Shown here piece by piece: positions 26,620 through 39,570 of a stretch of DNA of 64,000 nucleotides (its first letter is position 1; each line of letters begins with the position of its first letter). Under the pieces are notes generated by a model that worked only from the letters and a program-made list of their open reading frames with translations, was not told where the DNA came from and ran no database searches. Source of the stretch: Octopus sinensis (Eukaryota); NCBI RefSeq assembly GCF_006345805.1, contig NC_043003.1, positions 110,236,001 through 110,300,000 on the forward strand, read 5' to 3'. A program made the position numbers and the translations under genes.

Positions 26620-29600
26620 TATATATATATTATATATATATATATTATATATATATATATAAGCTTAAATTGAGTTACAGACATTTTTATAAGTGAACTA
26701 CATATAAATTGTTATTTTTCCTTCTTGTTTTCTTCTCCCTTAAGATTTATAACTTTTTCTCAAATTTCATTCGTGTGGAATTAATGTTGAGTTACTATGA
26801 CATGTCTGGCAAAGAAAGTGTTTATATCAGCATGTGTTTCATTGAAGTGACGCTACATTTGAATTATGGAATCTTACATTTTATAATCCCCATTTTTTTT
26901 TCTTCAATAATCTAAATATCCGCCCGTTGAACACTATGCTGAAAATTGAATTATTACTATCAACCACCTCAGTTCCTGCACACATGCATCCCACTACATG
27001 TATCTCGTGTAAACAACTCGGTTACATGCTGTTTCTGCTTTGTGTATATGTATCTATATATTTCGATCGTCTAGATAGCAGTAGAATACAGAAAACTAGT
27101 AAATCATTCTTTCGCGTTTTGAGAATTTCAGTTTTCCGCTTTCTTTAAATATTCTTCTGCTTTCAATCTCCCTGCAATTTTAGTCCAATAATGTATTTTT
27201 GAATATCTCTTTAGATTTCAATATACCTATGTGTTTCGAATATCTGCATGCCGTTTTTGAATTTGTTTTCTTTCGGTTCGCCTCTTGTGTTTTACTAGAA
27301 ATATATATCAGCTCGATGGACATTATCCATTTAGTGAGCAATTTCCATTACCACTAGATATGCATGTATTAAATCACATCTAATATTACACATCAACATT
27401 CATAAGCTGTGGGTAACGTACGAACACTAAATCTTCATCATAAAACGACAGCACAATCAGACGATAATATAATCCAGAAAGAATATTAATAGATAATATA
27501 GCTCTAAATATTCTTTAGTTACAAGGCCCTCTACACACACAAATATCACATATATATAATACAAATGGCCTGAGAAAATTTATGATTGTCAAGATATAAA
27601 TAGTCCTAATCTTCCTTGCAATAACTGAACTGACAGCAATGTTACACTGCTCGAATGATTTTGATATAACTAGAGAAATGCATTAATTTCTTAGCTCAGT
27701 AGAACATGCCAATCAAATACGCTAACGTATAAAAGTAAACGTATTTGGGTTTCGCAGAAAGCGCCTTGACAATCCGATATACTCAGCCAACATATGATTT
27801 CAAATTCAGAGACGTAATGGAGCCTATGTCTTTGCTTCAGTATATATGGAAACCTGACGTCAGAGGAAACAACCTATTATTTGCAATATGGCGACTTTTT
27901 CATAAAACGGCATCATAGACGGGAGGTGCAACCTCTACATTGCAAAGAGGGATAAATTCACCACTACAAAGCTTCAAAAACAAGGACTGAAACATTTACA
28001 GTGGATACTTGTAGAAATGCTCATTGAAGAATATCTTCCTTATGGATCCTACTGATTTAGAGATCTCAGACTTGTGAAAATACATTGGATCAATTTCCAA
28101 ATTCAAATCACTGAAGTGAGTTAACACCTAAGCCAAGTAAATACATTATTGATATTGAAGGGAAAGACAACTGATTTTCCTTTAATTGGCTGATACATTA
28201 TCGTGGATGGTTGAATATTTAATCTTGACAAATTGAAATAAAAAATATATAGAGAAAGGCCACTCCGAAAAATATACGATATTTGTACAAAAGTAAAACA
28301 AAATTCTCAGGAAAGCAAAAAAAATCTAAGGTATTGATAAAAAACTTAGACGTATATGCTAGAATATGTTAAGTTGACATTTGTGTCATAGTGCTTCTCT
28401 GCGTGCGAGTGACAATATTTTGAATTAATACATACACATACATACGATATCATTTTCGTCGTAGCATTTTAATTAGTGTAATTCTCGGCAGAGAATTCTT
28501 CAGATTTCTTAAGATTTTTAGATGAATACAAGAATTTTCGAGACGTTTTACATTCATTTAAAATACTTTGTAATGCTATGTGAACGGATGATAAATATTG
28601 CACCTTCCAATCTTCTTCCCTTCGATACCATTGCCAAACAAAATGGATCAAGACGATGTTGAGAGAGAAACTTTAATTGCTTCCTGAACACCAAAACATT
28701 GAATCCTTTTATAGCTTGGACAAACACCAATGTTAATTCTGAGTCTAGTTTAATATAAATATAATTCAATAATAAGGACCACGACGAACGAAATCATATA
28801 CATCTCTAGTATACAGAGGTTATGCCAAATTCTCGACAGTAATTGAGCGATATCGTATGTTTACCTAGCATTTGTATTTTCATGTTGCATTGGTTTATAA
28901 TGACGAAACACTTATCATGATGTTCCCACTGTAGAGTGTGAAAAAAGGTGAAATGTCAAAATGCAGCAAAAAGCTGATTAAATGTGGGAATATTAACTTA
29001 AATATAATGTTTAAGTTAATTAATAAAAGAAGATTATTTCTAGAATTACACTGGTGGCGCAATCTCCAAAATATTATTTCAAGATGTATTCTCTTGTTCG
29101 AAATACCATTTCTGTAATGCATTCAAATAATTCAGAATAATTTTCCTTCAAATAAACCACAAAATTGCTTTCAAATGTATAACATTTATGCAATATGACT
29201 CTGCTCTCTGCAACCTAATATACATCATGTAGAATTTGGGGGAAAGAACGAAACGCCACAACCAAGACCTGATTACTGATTGGTGATATTTGCTTTAATT
29301 ACGATTCCTTTGAACCTTACAAAGACCGCATGTGCAGTAACTTTCGGCTGCAAAATTATTCATAGATGGAAGGATGCACTACAAAACTATTGTGTCCGAT
29401 ATCATACTGCTTTGTTTGTTCACTTGTAATTGCACGGGTAAAGAATAAATGATTGTGTGAAAGAAAATGAAATCACAGTATATTAGCTTATCTTTCAAAA
29501 TAAAGCATCTATTGAATAATGTCTGTGAATTAGAAGAGTGATTAGAGCGTTAGATAAAATGCCACATATTGTCCCGACGTTTTGAGTTCAAACGTCACCA

Positions 29601-29975
29601 TGGTTCACATCGCTTTTTAATCTTTCCGCGGTTAACATGAAAGTACTCAACATGGGAGACAGATTGATGGTATTTTCTCCCGAAGTTTGCTTGGGTTCGA
29701 ATTCCATCATGGTCTATTAGGCCAACAAACTAATTACGTTTTACGGTTCAGAATGGCCAGCTGGCTCCTTCAATAACATCGGGGAAGGAACCACTGTTGT
29801 AAGCGTTCTTCCAGGTCACCGTTTTGAAAACTTCCTCCATCTATTTCACCAACCTAATTTTCTGCTGAATAAAAATCACAGATAAAGATAGATTTGAATA
29901 TTTAAGCTCGGTTTGTAAATACTAGTTCACAGCATCTTGCCCTGACAGAAATATGAAAGCCACATAATCTTAAAC

Positions 29976-30098
29976 AAGAAAATCAATACATTATTTACAT
30001 TATTTACATTTGACGGGAATATGTCCTCATTTTGTTTGTTGTTAACACAACTTTTCGGCTGAAATATCCTCCAACCTTCATCAGGTGTCTTGGGGAAC
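29976..30098 (-). mobile_element. Penelope-type terminal repeat fragment (family A), inverted to 30293-30490
   Basis: Reverse complement aligns to 30348-30456. Confidence 0.8.
30044..30089 (-). ncRNA. Hammerhead-ribozyme-fold motif with a stem III mutation
   Basis: gacac CUGAUGA a gguug..cagcc GAAA ag UU guguu. Confidence 0.55.
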
Positions 30099-30292
30099 GA
30101 CTCATGTACTGAGAAGAGTATTATCGCTCTGAAAACAGCATTCATTAATGAATTTATTAATTTATTAAATACATATGTTACCTGTGAATTTGCGTGTGTA
30201 ATCTGGGAATGCATACAATGGGCTTCTGTGCCCTAGGTGTACGGAAAACACTCGGCGAGAAACTGAAGAAAATTTGAAGGAAGAATGAAAAG

Positions 30293-30490
30293 AATAATAG
30301 TAATAACATCGAAATATACCTTAGGAATGAGAACCAAGTTTCAAAAATTCCCCAGGACATCTGATGAAGGCTGGGGGCTATATCAGCCGAAACGTTGTGT
30401 TAACAACAAACAAGAAGAGGACAAATATCCGTCAAATGTAAATAATGCAAATAATATACATAATTCCTCATCTCTTAAACATAGAACTGA
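30293..30490 (+). mobile_element. Penelope-type terminal repeat fragment (family A)
   Basis: Contains the intact hammerhead motif 30356-30401. Confidence 0.75.
30356..30401 (+). ncRNA. Minimal type I hammerhead ribozyme motif with intact core
   Basis: gacau CUGAUGA a ggcug(10 nt)cagcc GAAA CG UU guguu: stems I and II pair; palindromic ACGU stem III; GUU triplet. Confidence 0.7.
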
Positions 30491-31949
30491 AGAAAATCAA
30501 TATATTAAGCAAGATTTTTAAAAGAGGTACTCGTTACTTCACATATTCAAAGTAGACGAAACATTTTCTTGTCCGATTATCCATCAATTCTATTATTATC
30601 CTGTCCTGGAAGGGTCCTAATGCCGATAATAATAACACACGCATCGTTGTTTAATCTGCTGGATAAAAAATGAATCGGTTGTTTGTCAGTCGAAATCCTT
30701 TCGTCGCTATCCGAGGCCTCTTCTCTGAAGTTCTCTTCAAAAAGTTATATTGAACCAGTGCTTGGATATTAATGGTTATTAAGACCCAACAAGATTTGTT
30801 TCAACATACGAATTCACATCAAGTATCTTGCAAAGGAAATAGAAAGACAAGGTGTCTATCAATTATCCACGTGAAATTTATATTTAATGTTACATTTTAA
30901 AAGGCATATTGTAAGTGTTGACTGCTTGTCTACGTAAAAACAGCTGCAGATAAAAACATAGCTGAATAAACGCATACACGTATGACATTCAATGATGGCT
31001 ATTCGAATCCACGAACTGTTATATTAACACGAATATTTCCATCAAAATGCTGCATAGAAGTTTCTAAATTTAAAATTACAGCAAACATTGGGGAATTTGT
31101 AATCTGAACCCGATAACAGATATTTCGGGTAAAATATTTTTTCAGTGACATTGTTGTTCATTTGTGGGTTTGTTGTAAACGGAAATACGACAAGCATGCA
31201 AAAAAGCTAACAAACAAAAAGAGCAGTTATGAATTGAAAAACAACAAAAGTTGTTTCCCTAAATTTCGAGAATTAGGCTACTTTAAGATATCGGGAGTAG
31301 TGCTCATTTTCTACATACAAGTATATATGTGTGTGTGTGTGTGTGTGGATGCGTGTGTGTGCATACGTTTGTGCGTGTTAGTCTGCTGGAATGTATGTAA
31401 ATAAATATACATCTATATTTAAATATATAACCTATGTATAATTAAATAGGCTTGTAAGCATATTTACAAATACGTACAAATACGGATATATGTGTATTTA
31501 TGTATTATATCTCCCACCGCCTCTCTATTCTTTTGTCTTTCTCTATCTCTCAGTATATATATGTATATACACACATATATGTATTCATAGTACATGAGCT
31601 CATGTACTTAAGTGTGTCGATATTTTTCTATATAGTACGAGTATATCTCCCCTAAAATATGAAACAATACTTTCTATTTTCCACTTTTCTCTTGCTAACT
31701 ACGTAAAAAAGAACAACGCAAATTTCAAAGAATACAATACCTATTGTACAATAGTCTGCGGAATACGATACATTAAAGCAAACACATGATTAGCGTACAA
31801 GTATCAATAATTCATTTTTGCCTTTGGCATAGCACTCTAATGATTTGACAAGGAGAAGAAAAGAACAAAAACAAAAGCGTACATTACTGATAAACTGCTG
31901 AACGAGTATTCAAGTCAAAACTAATATGCATGCATAAATAAATACATAC

Positions 31950-31974
31950 ATACACGCACACACACATATACATT

Positions 31975-32010
<36 letters not shown>

Positions 32011-32056
32011 TGTATGTATATATATGTATATATATATATATATGTATATATATATG

Positions 32057-32087
<31 letters not shown>

Positions 32088-32199
32088 ATATATACATGTA
32101 TATATATATGTATATATATATATATGCATATATATCAATATATTATATGCATTATATATAAACATATATGTTATGGGCGTATATACAAACACACACATG

Positions 32200-32230
<31 letters not shown>
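31950..32230. repeat. Compound TA/TATG microsatellite block
   Basis: Direct reading. Confidence 0.95.
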
Positions 32231-32234
<4 letters not shown>

Positions 32235-32802
32235 GCACAGACGAGCGCTCAAAAACACATATATATATACGCGTTTGTGCTTTCTGCGTGAGTATAGGTG
32301 GAATTGTGAATTGCAAATTTTGTGTATGTTTGTGTTTCTGCATATAAATGTTTATACTGTGTCCCAATTATATATTTATCTGCCTTTTTGCTTGTCTTAT
32401 TACAATCTTTTCTTTCACACAAACATTCATTTATTTTTCATAAGTTTTCTCTCTTTCCCGACATCCTATATTTAAATATGCCATTTTTCTCAGCAATGTA
32501 TTTATGTTATGTATGTTCTGTGAAATATTGTTTTGATTAGAAAAAGCAACAACCTTGGGGTGGCTGTCTCCTAGTTTATTTAATATATATTACCTCGTCT
32601 TTTAGTATATATTAGTTTAGATTTTCCACTATGTATTTTAATAATTTAGCGTTAGCGCTGTGTTTTGAATGAGGTTGCTCTTCCGAATAATGTGCACAGC
32701 TTCTTCCTAGATGCAAAGTAAACTTGATCATTGTTTTATAGCCCCTGAGATGCCCTATTCGCAGAGACTAAAGAAACATGCGTCGGCCTCGCTAATAACA
32801 GT

Positions 32803-33075
32803 ATACATACATACATACATACATACATACATACATGCATATCTGATGGCCGTCCACTCGTGACCGAGGAAGACTATAACTGACGTTCAGGAACATTGTG
32901 CGTTCTAGGAGTAACTTATATTTTGCATTTGCGTCTCAGTTGGTGGTTAATGGTCATGACAAGCATACACGACAGGAAACATTGCAAACCAAGCTTTCCT
33001 CCTTTACTACAGCAGCAGTGCGCTGTCGAGCAGCACGCTTAAGTGCTTCATGCTGAATACGTGCTGTCTCAAAAG
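32803..33075 (-). mobile_element. RTE-type LINE 3' end with (TATG)n tail
   Basis: Minus-strand LKRAARQRTAAVVKEESLVCNVSCRVCLS resembles the RTE C-terminal C2H2-like motif; followed by a UTR and tetranucleotide tail. Confidence 0.6.
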
Positions 33076-33233
33076 TGACGACTCCTTCCATCTATAAATA
33101 CATACTCAGCAAGAGAGGCGGTATGTTGTGAAAGACCCATCACAACCGCGGACGTACGGGATGCGATGCTTTCTGCATCTATACATGCGTACATACATAT
33201 ATATATGTGTGTGTTTATATATATATACATATA

Positions 33234-33276
<43 letters not shown>

Positions 33277-33281
<5 letters not shown>

Positions 33282-33465
33282 AGAATTCGCAAAGAAACAA
33301 AAGACGAAGACACGTGGTTTAGAAAGCAAACAGATGTATTAGTATAACGCTTGTGAAATGAAAAAGTCTTTAACGTTTCGAGCCTACGCTCTTCCACAGA
33401 AAGGAACACAGAAAAAAACAAAGAGAGAAAATACAGAATGTGTAGTGGCTAGCGATCTATCATTA
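33277..33465 (-). mobile_element. Short pyrimidine-rich repeat (family B) with hammerhead fold at 33368-33403, ending in (TA)n
   Basis: cuuu CUGUGGA a gagc guag gcuc GAAA CG UU aaag; related copies at 26060-26125, 46690-46890, 50050-50175, 54255-54455. Confidence 0.7.
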
Positions 33466-35929
33466 TATATATATATGGGCCTTGAGAATTTAGGCTTCTG
33501 AAAGTCAGAAGATAGAATGCTGTTTCGACGACTACAGATTCAAACCATCGCTGGAACGGAGTGTGTGTTTGTGCATATGTGTGTGGGCGTATGTGTGAAA
33601 GTTTGTGTGAGCATGTGTCACCACTTATAGCGGGTAACATGAAAAAGGTGTTTCCCAGTTGTAAGTGAGAAATTACATGATTATCATCGTATTCATTGTG
33701 TTCAAAACAAATATGGTTAGTTTCATATCCATATGAAGTGGTGTTTTTGAATAACTTGAAGTTTAATCTCTAACAAACTATAGACAAAAATTTCTTTAAA
33801 ATATTATCGAAAAGCTAAATATTCATTTTCCAATTTTCTTTGGTTAGAATTTCAGAGATACTGTGTCTCGGGTATTTCATTTCAGGAGGTAACCGTTTGC
33901 TATTGAGCGTTATGGATGCTCGTTTTTCTTAGTAATGTTTTCCATGATAGAAATATGCTGATGAACACTCTTAAACATTAATAGACATTTTCGTAATGTG
34001 AAATTGACAAATACCGTTATGTCATATTGTATTCCACATTGTGATCCAGCAGGGGACAGTAAAGTAATCCACTATTTCAGAATAATAATATCTACAATAT
34101 TGCCATACGATGCATTTTCAGGTTGATTTAACACTATTCGAAATCGCAGATCAATCAGAGTTTCAATAATGCTTTGGAAATCATTTCTAGACTATTTGAT
34201 TCGGTTTTTCGAATTACCTCTTACTTTAACGATGTGAATTTTTAACAACCCCAAGTTTGACATACAAAAGAGCAATGGACGCTTTCTGAGGGTCACGAAC
34301 TGAACAGTTCAAATCATGTCACCGACTTTTATTCCTTGTGAATGATTCAAATTAATTTCATTCCATTCGCTTTAAGTAAGTTGTCAGATGCGTTTGATAG
34401 CTGGTTACTTTTGAAGTGATCACTTTCGCACACACTAGCGAGAAATAACAACTTGCTGGGCGATTTAAATGCATAGAATAGATTAATCTGTAAGCGAATG
34501 ATTGGATTCGTACAAATCATGAAATCCTTTGAGTAGCAAATAACTTACGATGTGAAAGCTTTACTCAAATTCTTAATAGTCACACATATGTCTCACAAAC
34601 CTCTCAGTGTCCTAAATCTTTTATTTACGCACAAGTTATATACAAAATAATGTTCACACCGTTAGTTACTAATGATATAAAGTAGTATTTCTGAGATGAC
34701 ATTATACGTAAATTACAGAAGCATGTATGTTTATCTATGTAGTTCTGAAGTATTGCAATGCATGAACATCAATACACCGGTTGTTTTTAAAATTGTAGCA
34801 TCTAGTTACAAACTGACTTGGAGGAGCTCTCTGCGCAAGGCACATTTAAAAATTTCTTTATATGAAAATACCCATAAAACCGAAGCTAATTAGGTTCGAT
34901 AAAATCGAAAAATAGGATTTGATATCGGGATGCAAATGCGACCTTCAGAGCCATAAAGTTAGTCAAGATAGTAAGATCATCGTCGAAACAGAATGCAGGA
35001 AGATGTGCGATGCGGGTTCGATCCTGCTCACTGCTTTAACAATCCAACTGTGGTACCTGAGGTACATGTTATTCAATGAATCCAAATTTAACAGTCATAA
35101 ATATTATCTGGTAAGTATAAGTAGCACAGAAAAATAATGCATTTGTTGTGAGATAATTTGAAAATTATATAGCGTGCAAAAAAAAAAAAGAAATTATTTT
35201 GTCAAGTTAAAACGAGAAGACAACCTAGAAATGACGTTAGAACAAAAAACAAAACCTCTGCTATGATCATCTGAAAAAGACACTTAACTCACGAAGGTCA
35301 TTATGAGGAATTATAATATATATCCAGTAATACACATGCTATATTGGCTAGAGAAACTACTGGAGAACTAAAACTTAATACTCAACTGGAGAAGAGGAAT
35401 CACTCGAGAAGAGAGAGTCACTTCTGATTATGCCAATCAAGACATTTTTTATCGAAATTCATCGACAAAATCGGAGGCCTGTCGATCACACAAATACACG
35501 AAGACGCACATGCACTCACACAAACAAACATCGCATATAAACACACACACACACACGCATCCACACCCACACACACTCACACACACACATATATATATAA
35601 GTGCATAATAATAGTAACAAGAGCAGTCAGAGAGCACAAATCTCTGCCAAGGCAACACCAACGTCCTCTCAATGATAAATCAGAGATGATTTTTAAAAGG
35701 AGAATATCTGAAATAAACTCGACTGTTCCCCAAAATGAGAAAAATAAAAATAAACCCGACCTCTCTCAATAATTAAGTAGAAAGAATACAGGAAAAATAA
35801 TCCAAAAGCCTTGTCCGGTATTCGATCAATCCCCAAATCTAATCAGTTTGTGCCAGTTACGGGGCCAAACATCCCTGAAAGTTACATCCGAATCCATTCA
35901 AACAAACAAACGCGACTAAAACCAAGGTG

Positions 35930-36022
35930 GAGATAATAACAACAACTACAACAACAAAGACGATGATGACGACGATGACGATGATGATGATGATGATAAT
36001 GATAATAATAATAATAATAATA

Positions 36023-36057
<35 letters not shown>
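35930..36057. repeat. Compound (AAC)(GAT)(AAT)n microsatellite
   Basis: Direct reading. Confidence 0.95.
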
Positions 36058-37467
36058 GATGCACTAGCTCTCATGGTTTCTGATCGTAATTGATTGGAAG
36101 TATTATCATGTACATTGCTTTGTCTTGGGCTACTGCAAATATTCTGCACAATACCACCGATGTTATTGTTAGTTGTTTGACCTTAACCAGTTGAGATTAT
36201 CCCTTAGTGACTGACAATATGTGCATCTTTGATCACGAGCAGAAGTAGTTGGGGAGCATCATAGCCATGTGTTGGGAGAAATTCTTTGGGGTTTCGGTAA
36301 TTCAACTTTGGAAACATGGGTGTCTTGTTCAACAACCTTGAACAAGGTTTATTCAGGGTCCTTTTGAGCGTGATGGGCTACTCGACCTAAAGAAAGTTCT
36401 AACTGGGCCCCCACCTGCAAAGTCATACGCTATTGTTCTTGATATGAAATCACCATGTCACGGACATATGGTTGTGATGCATGTGCCTGGTTTAGACTTA
36501 TCTAAATGGTAGTCATCATTGTGTATTGGGCTTCGTATATATTATCCCAGTGTCTAAGAACAGAGAAGGAAGAGGCCTAATGGGATGCAAGACCAGTGTT
36601 GTCAACGAGAAAAGCCTTCTGAGTTGTAGATCAAACTGTAGAGCGTATCCTTGCTTGCGACTGTTGGAATACGCAATACACTACCTACCGAGAATGTGAT
36701 GCATCCACAAACATTTAAGAAATAAGATGAAGAAGAAAAAGTAATCAATTGGAAAATTAAATCACTGTATGGTCAATGCCTCAGAGAAATCTGAGAAAAA
36801 TATAAGACCAACACTTGGAAATGGCTAAGAAAAAGTGATCTGAAATGATGAACTGAGGCCTTCATACGCAGCTCTGAGAACTTATTACACCAAGTTCCAA
36901 ATAACTAAGATCAGTGAATTGCCTCTTTCTAGGATGCTTGGGAGTAAAAACGGAACAATCTCAAATATTGTGAGTAAGTGTAGAATGCTGGCCCAAAAGC
37001 TCTACAAAAAGAGGCAGGATAACGTGGCCAAGTTTCTTCACTGGTGGGTATGTGAAAAGTGTGGCCTGGACAGAGCACGGAAATAGTACGAACATGAACC
37101 AGGAGTCAACGAGAACAAAGAATATAAGGTATCGTAGGATTATACACTACAGTGTGACTCCCTAATCGATGCTCGGAGACCAGATAATATAGTAGATGAA
37201 AAAAGGAAACCAAGATTATAGATATTGCAATTGATATGAGAGCAGGACAAGCGCCAAAAAACTGCTCTGCTGTAGATAGCTAGGATTTTGATATTACTAC
37301 TCGGTCGTTGAATGTCTTCCACGATAATTAACAGCCGAGTATCAAAGCATATATTGTGCAGAAACAGACCCTCAAAAACCTCTGAGTACAGGCTATTGTC
37401 CACTCTCAGGAATTCAACCAGAGCAAACGAGACCGAGCGCTCTGAGAAGTAAATCAATAATAATAAT
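36058..37467 (+). mobile_element. Internally deleted R4/Dong-clade non-LTR retrotransposon with restriction-like endonuclease; coding remnant about 36555-37300
   Basis: GRGLMG, WKIKSLYGQ, TWKWLRKSDLK, degenerate CCHC knuckle, LAQKLYKKRQDNVA..HW, YEHEP, ARRPD..IIDIA, QKTALL.IARIL; (AAT)n on both sides. Confidence 0.85.
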
Positions 37468-38158
37468 ACAAAGAACCCATTTTCATGATAAAATTTCAAA
37501 ACAAATGAGCATTTTGCAACCCAACGTTTCATCACATTTTATTTGCTCGAACTGAAAGTATTTTTGCGTTAGGAAATGCAAACGTACGCAAATCTAGTGC
37601 ATGCAATATCTAACAAATCATGTGACAGCATAGCAGATGCTCCGTGAGGTATCGGAATCGAAATTACTTACTTTATACATAAATAATTAAAAAAAATAAT
37701 TGAAATATTTTCCACAATGCTTTAACAACATTTTCAAGAAATAAGAATGTCTCTTATATTCAGAACACAAAATAATTAGAAAACATTTCGAAGATTTTAG
37801 TAATAGTTACCATGAGACATACGATTAGTATTCATCATTATTACTTTTATTTTGAAAATCTACATCGATTGGTTGATGGGAATATGGGAATATGCGGTCT
37901 GGGAAAAAATTGCTTTCAAAACGAAAGAGGAAACAACGTATTTCATTTAGCGTTATTATACAATGATTTCTTTTTTTTTTATCTATACTACATATTCATA
38001 GATAAGAATCCATGATTCTGCATTAAATTTACGAGATTAATGGTTTGTATTTTGGGTTCCATACAAAGTGGAATTTTGAAATATGTACTTTTACTGAGAT
38101 GCATATATCTTTAGCCACATAGCGTATACACCCCCACACATAGACGTACATATCTATG

Positions 38159-38322
38159 ACTGACAAAACTTCGTGATGCAGCACGAAGTTTTGTCAGTGA
38201 ACAGGTTGCGGTCTCAAAGCGATCGAAAATATTTTGACAAATTAAATTTAAATATTGAAGTGAATCTAACGGTTTTTGTGTGTTCCTTAAATGTCTTATA
38301 AACACCTTCCACGCTGCAATTG
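38159..38322. repeat. Second copy of the 14689 repeat, beginning with a 40-bp near-perfect palindrome
   Basis: actgacaaaacttcgtg-atgcag-cacgaagttttgtcagt. Confidence 0.85.
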
Positions 38323-38441
<119 letters not shown>

Positions 38442-38614
38442 TAAATGTGTGTATATATACATATTGATAATTATATTCATATATATATATGTTTATATAT
38501 ATACACATGCATACATACATATATACATAATACATGCATATATATATATAGTTATATATTTGTATAGACAGCGTTTATTAGTAAAGGAGCGTAATACTAA
38601 TTACACATGCACAT

Positions 38615-39570
38615 GCAAACGCATTGAAGGTTATTAATAAGACACATTACAAACTTATAGCGGATTTAGACCTATTGAAACCATATGCATCAAGAACCCC
38701 TCATTTTACTATGAAGGATCTTGACCCCAATTTCCAATCTAAACCCTCGATCCGGTTAATCTCTCCCACTAAATTTAGTAGAACAATTAAGATAAAATAT
38801 AACTTCGAGCCAAGGATAATGTTGCGTTCCCCCTTTGGAATTCTACTGGTGACGTAATCACATGGTTCCATCCCTCAACGACAAACATCATATTAATTTC
38901 ATACAGTTTGGTATATCCGATTACTATATATCAATAGAATCCATCTTATTGGGTGAAGCATTAACCTTTTCCCGAAATTATACAAGCATTTCTGCATCTG
39001 ATATAGACGTAATTTTGGTCGCTAGAAAAACTCTAGAACTTTAATGATAACTGCACACGAAACACAATCTAAAACTCTTTCTATATATCAATGGGCTCAT
39101 CTGACGCAGCCCAAATTACAGACCTTTTGGGTTTATTTCTCCTCTTGCAATTATAGAGATATTTTCTCAACATCTCCCGTGGTCTCTATAAAAACGATGC
39201 ACTTTTTGCAACTAACAAAATTATCCCGTCCAGAGATTGAAAGCATTAAGAAATTCTTAATACAATTCTTTAAAAATTATAATTTAAATATTGCATTTGA
39301 AATAAAGTAGCCAGTTTCTTGGATGTCAAACTTAACCTTAATACTAATCTCCTCTATCCATATAGAAATCCCAACCAAAATCCTTTAGTACTGAAAAACT
39401 CTCTCTAATATTTCTAGAGCAACCTTCAAAAGCATTGTGACGGCCATTTCTGTTAGAATTTCAAAATTATCTGCTAATGAGGAGATATTCAACACTAATG
39501 CTCCATATTATAAGCAAGCTTTAAAACTAAGTGGCTTCAAAGATGAAATATTTTATATCCCTGATGCAAA
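38615..39570 (+). mobile_element. Penelope-like element reverse transcriptase remnant
   Basis: FTMKDLDPNF..IRLISP, FIQFGISDYY, ARKTL, GLYKNDAL, FLDVKLNL..YPYRNP, ISVRISKLS; many stops and frameshifts. Confidence 0.9.

Noticed and set aside
27880-28120. GC-richer patch with a gtgagt donor and a Cys-containing frame
   Set aside because: Stops occur in most frames and no recognisable motif is present.
34919-35110. Cys-containing ORF ending at a gtaagt donor
   Set aside because: No good acceptor and no recognisable domain; within chance expectation.
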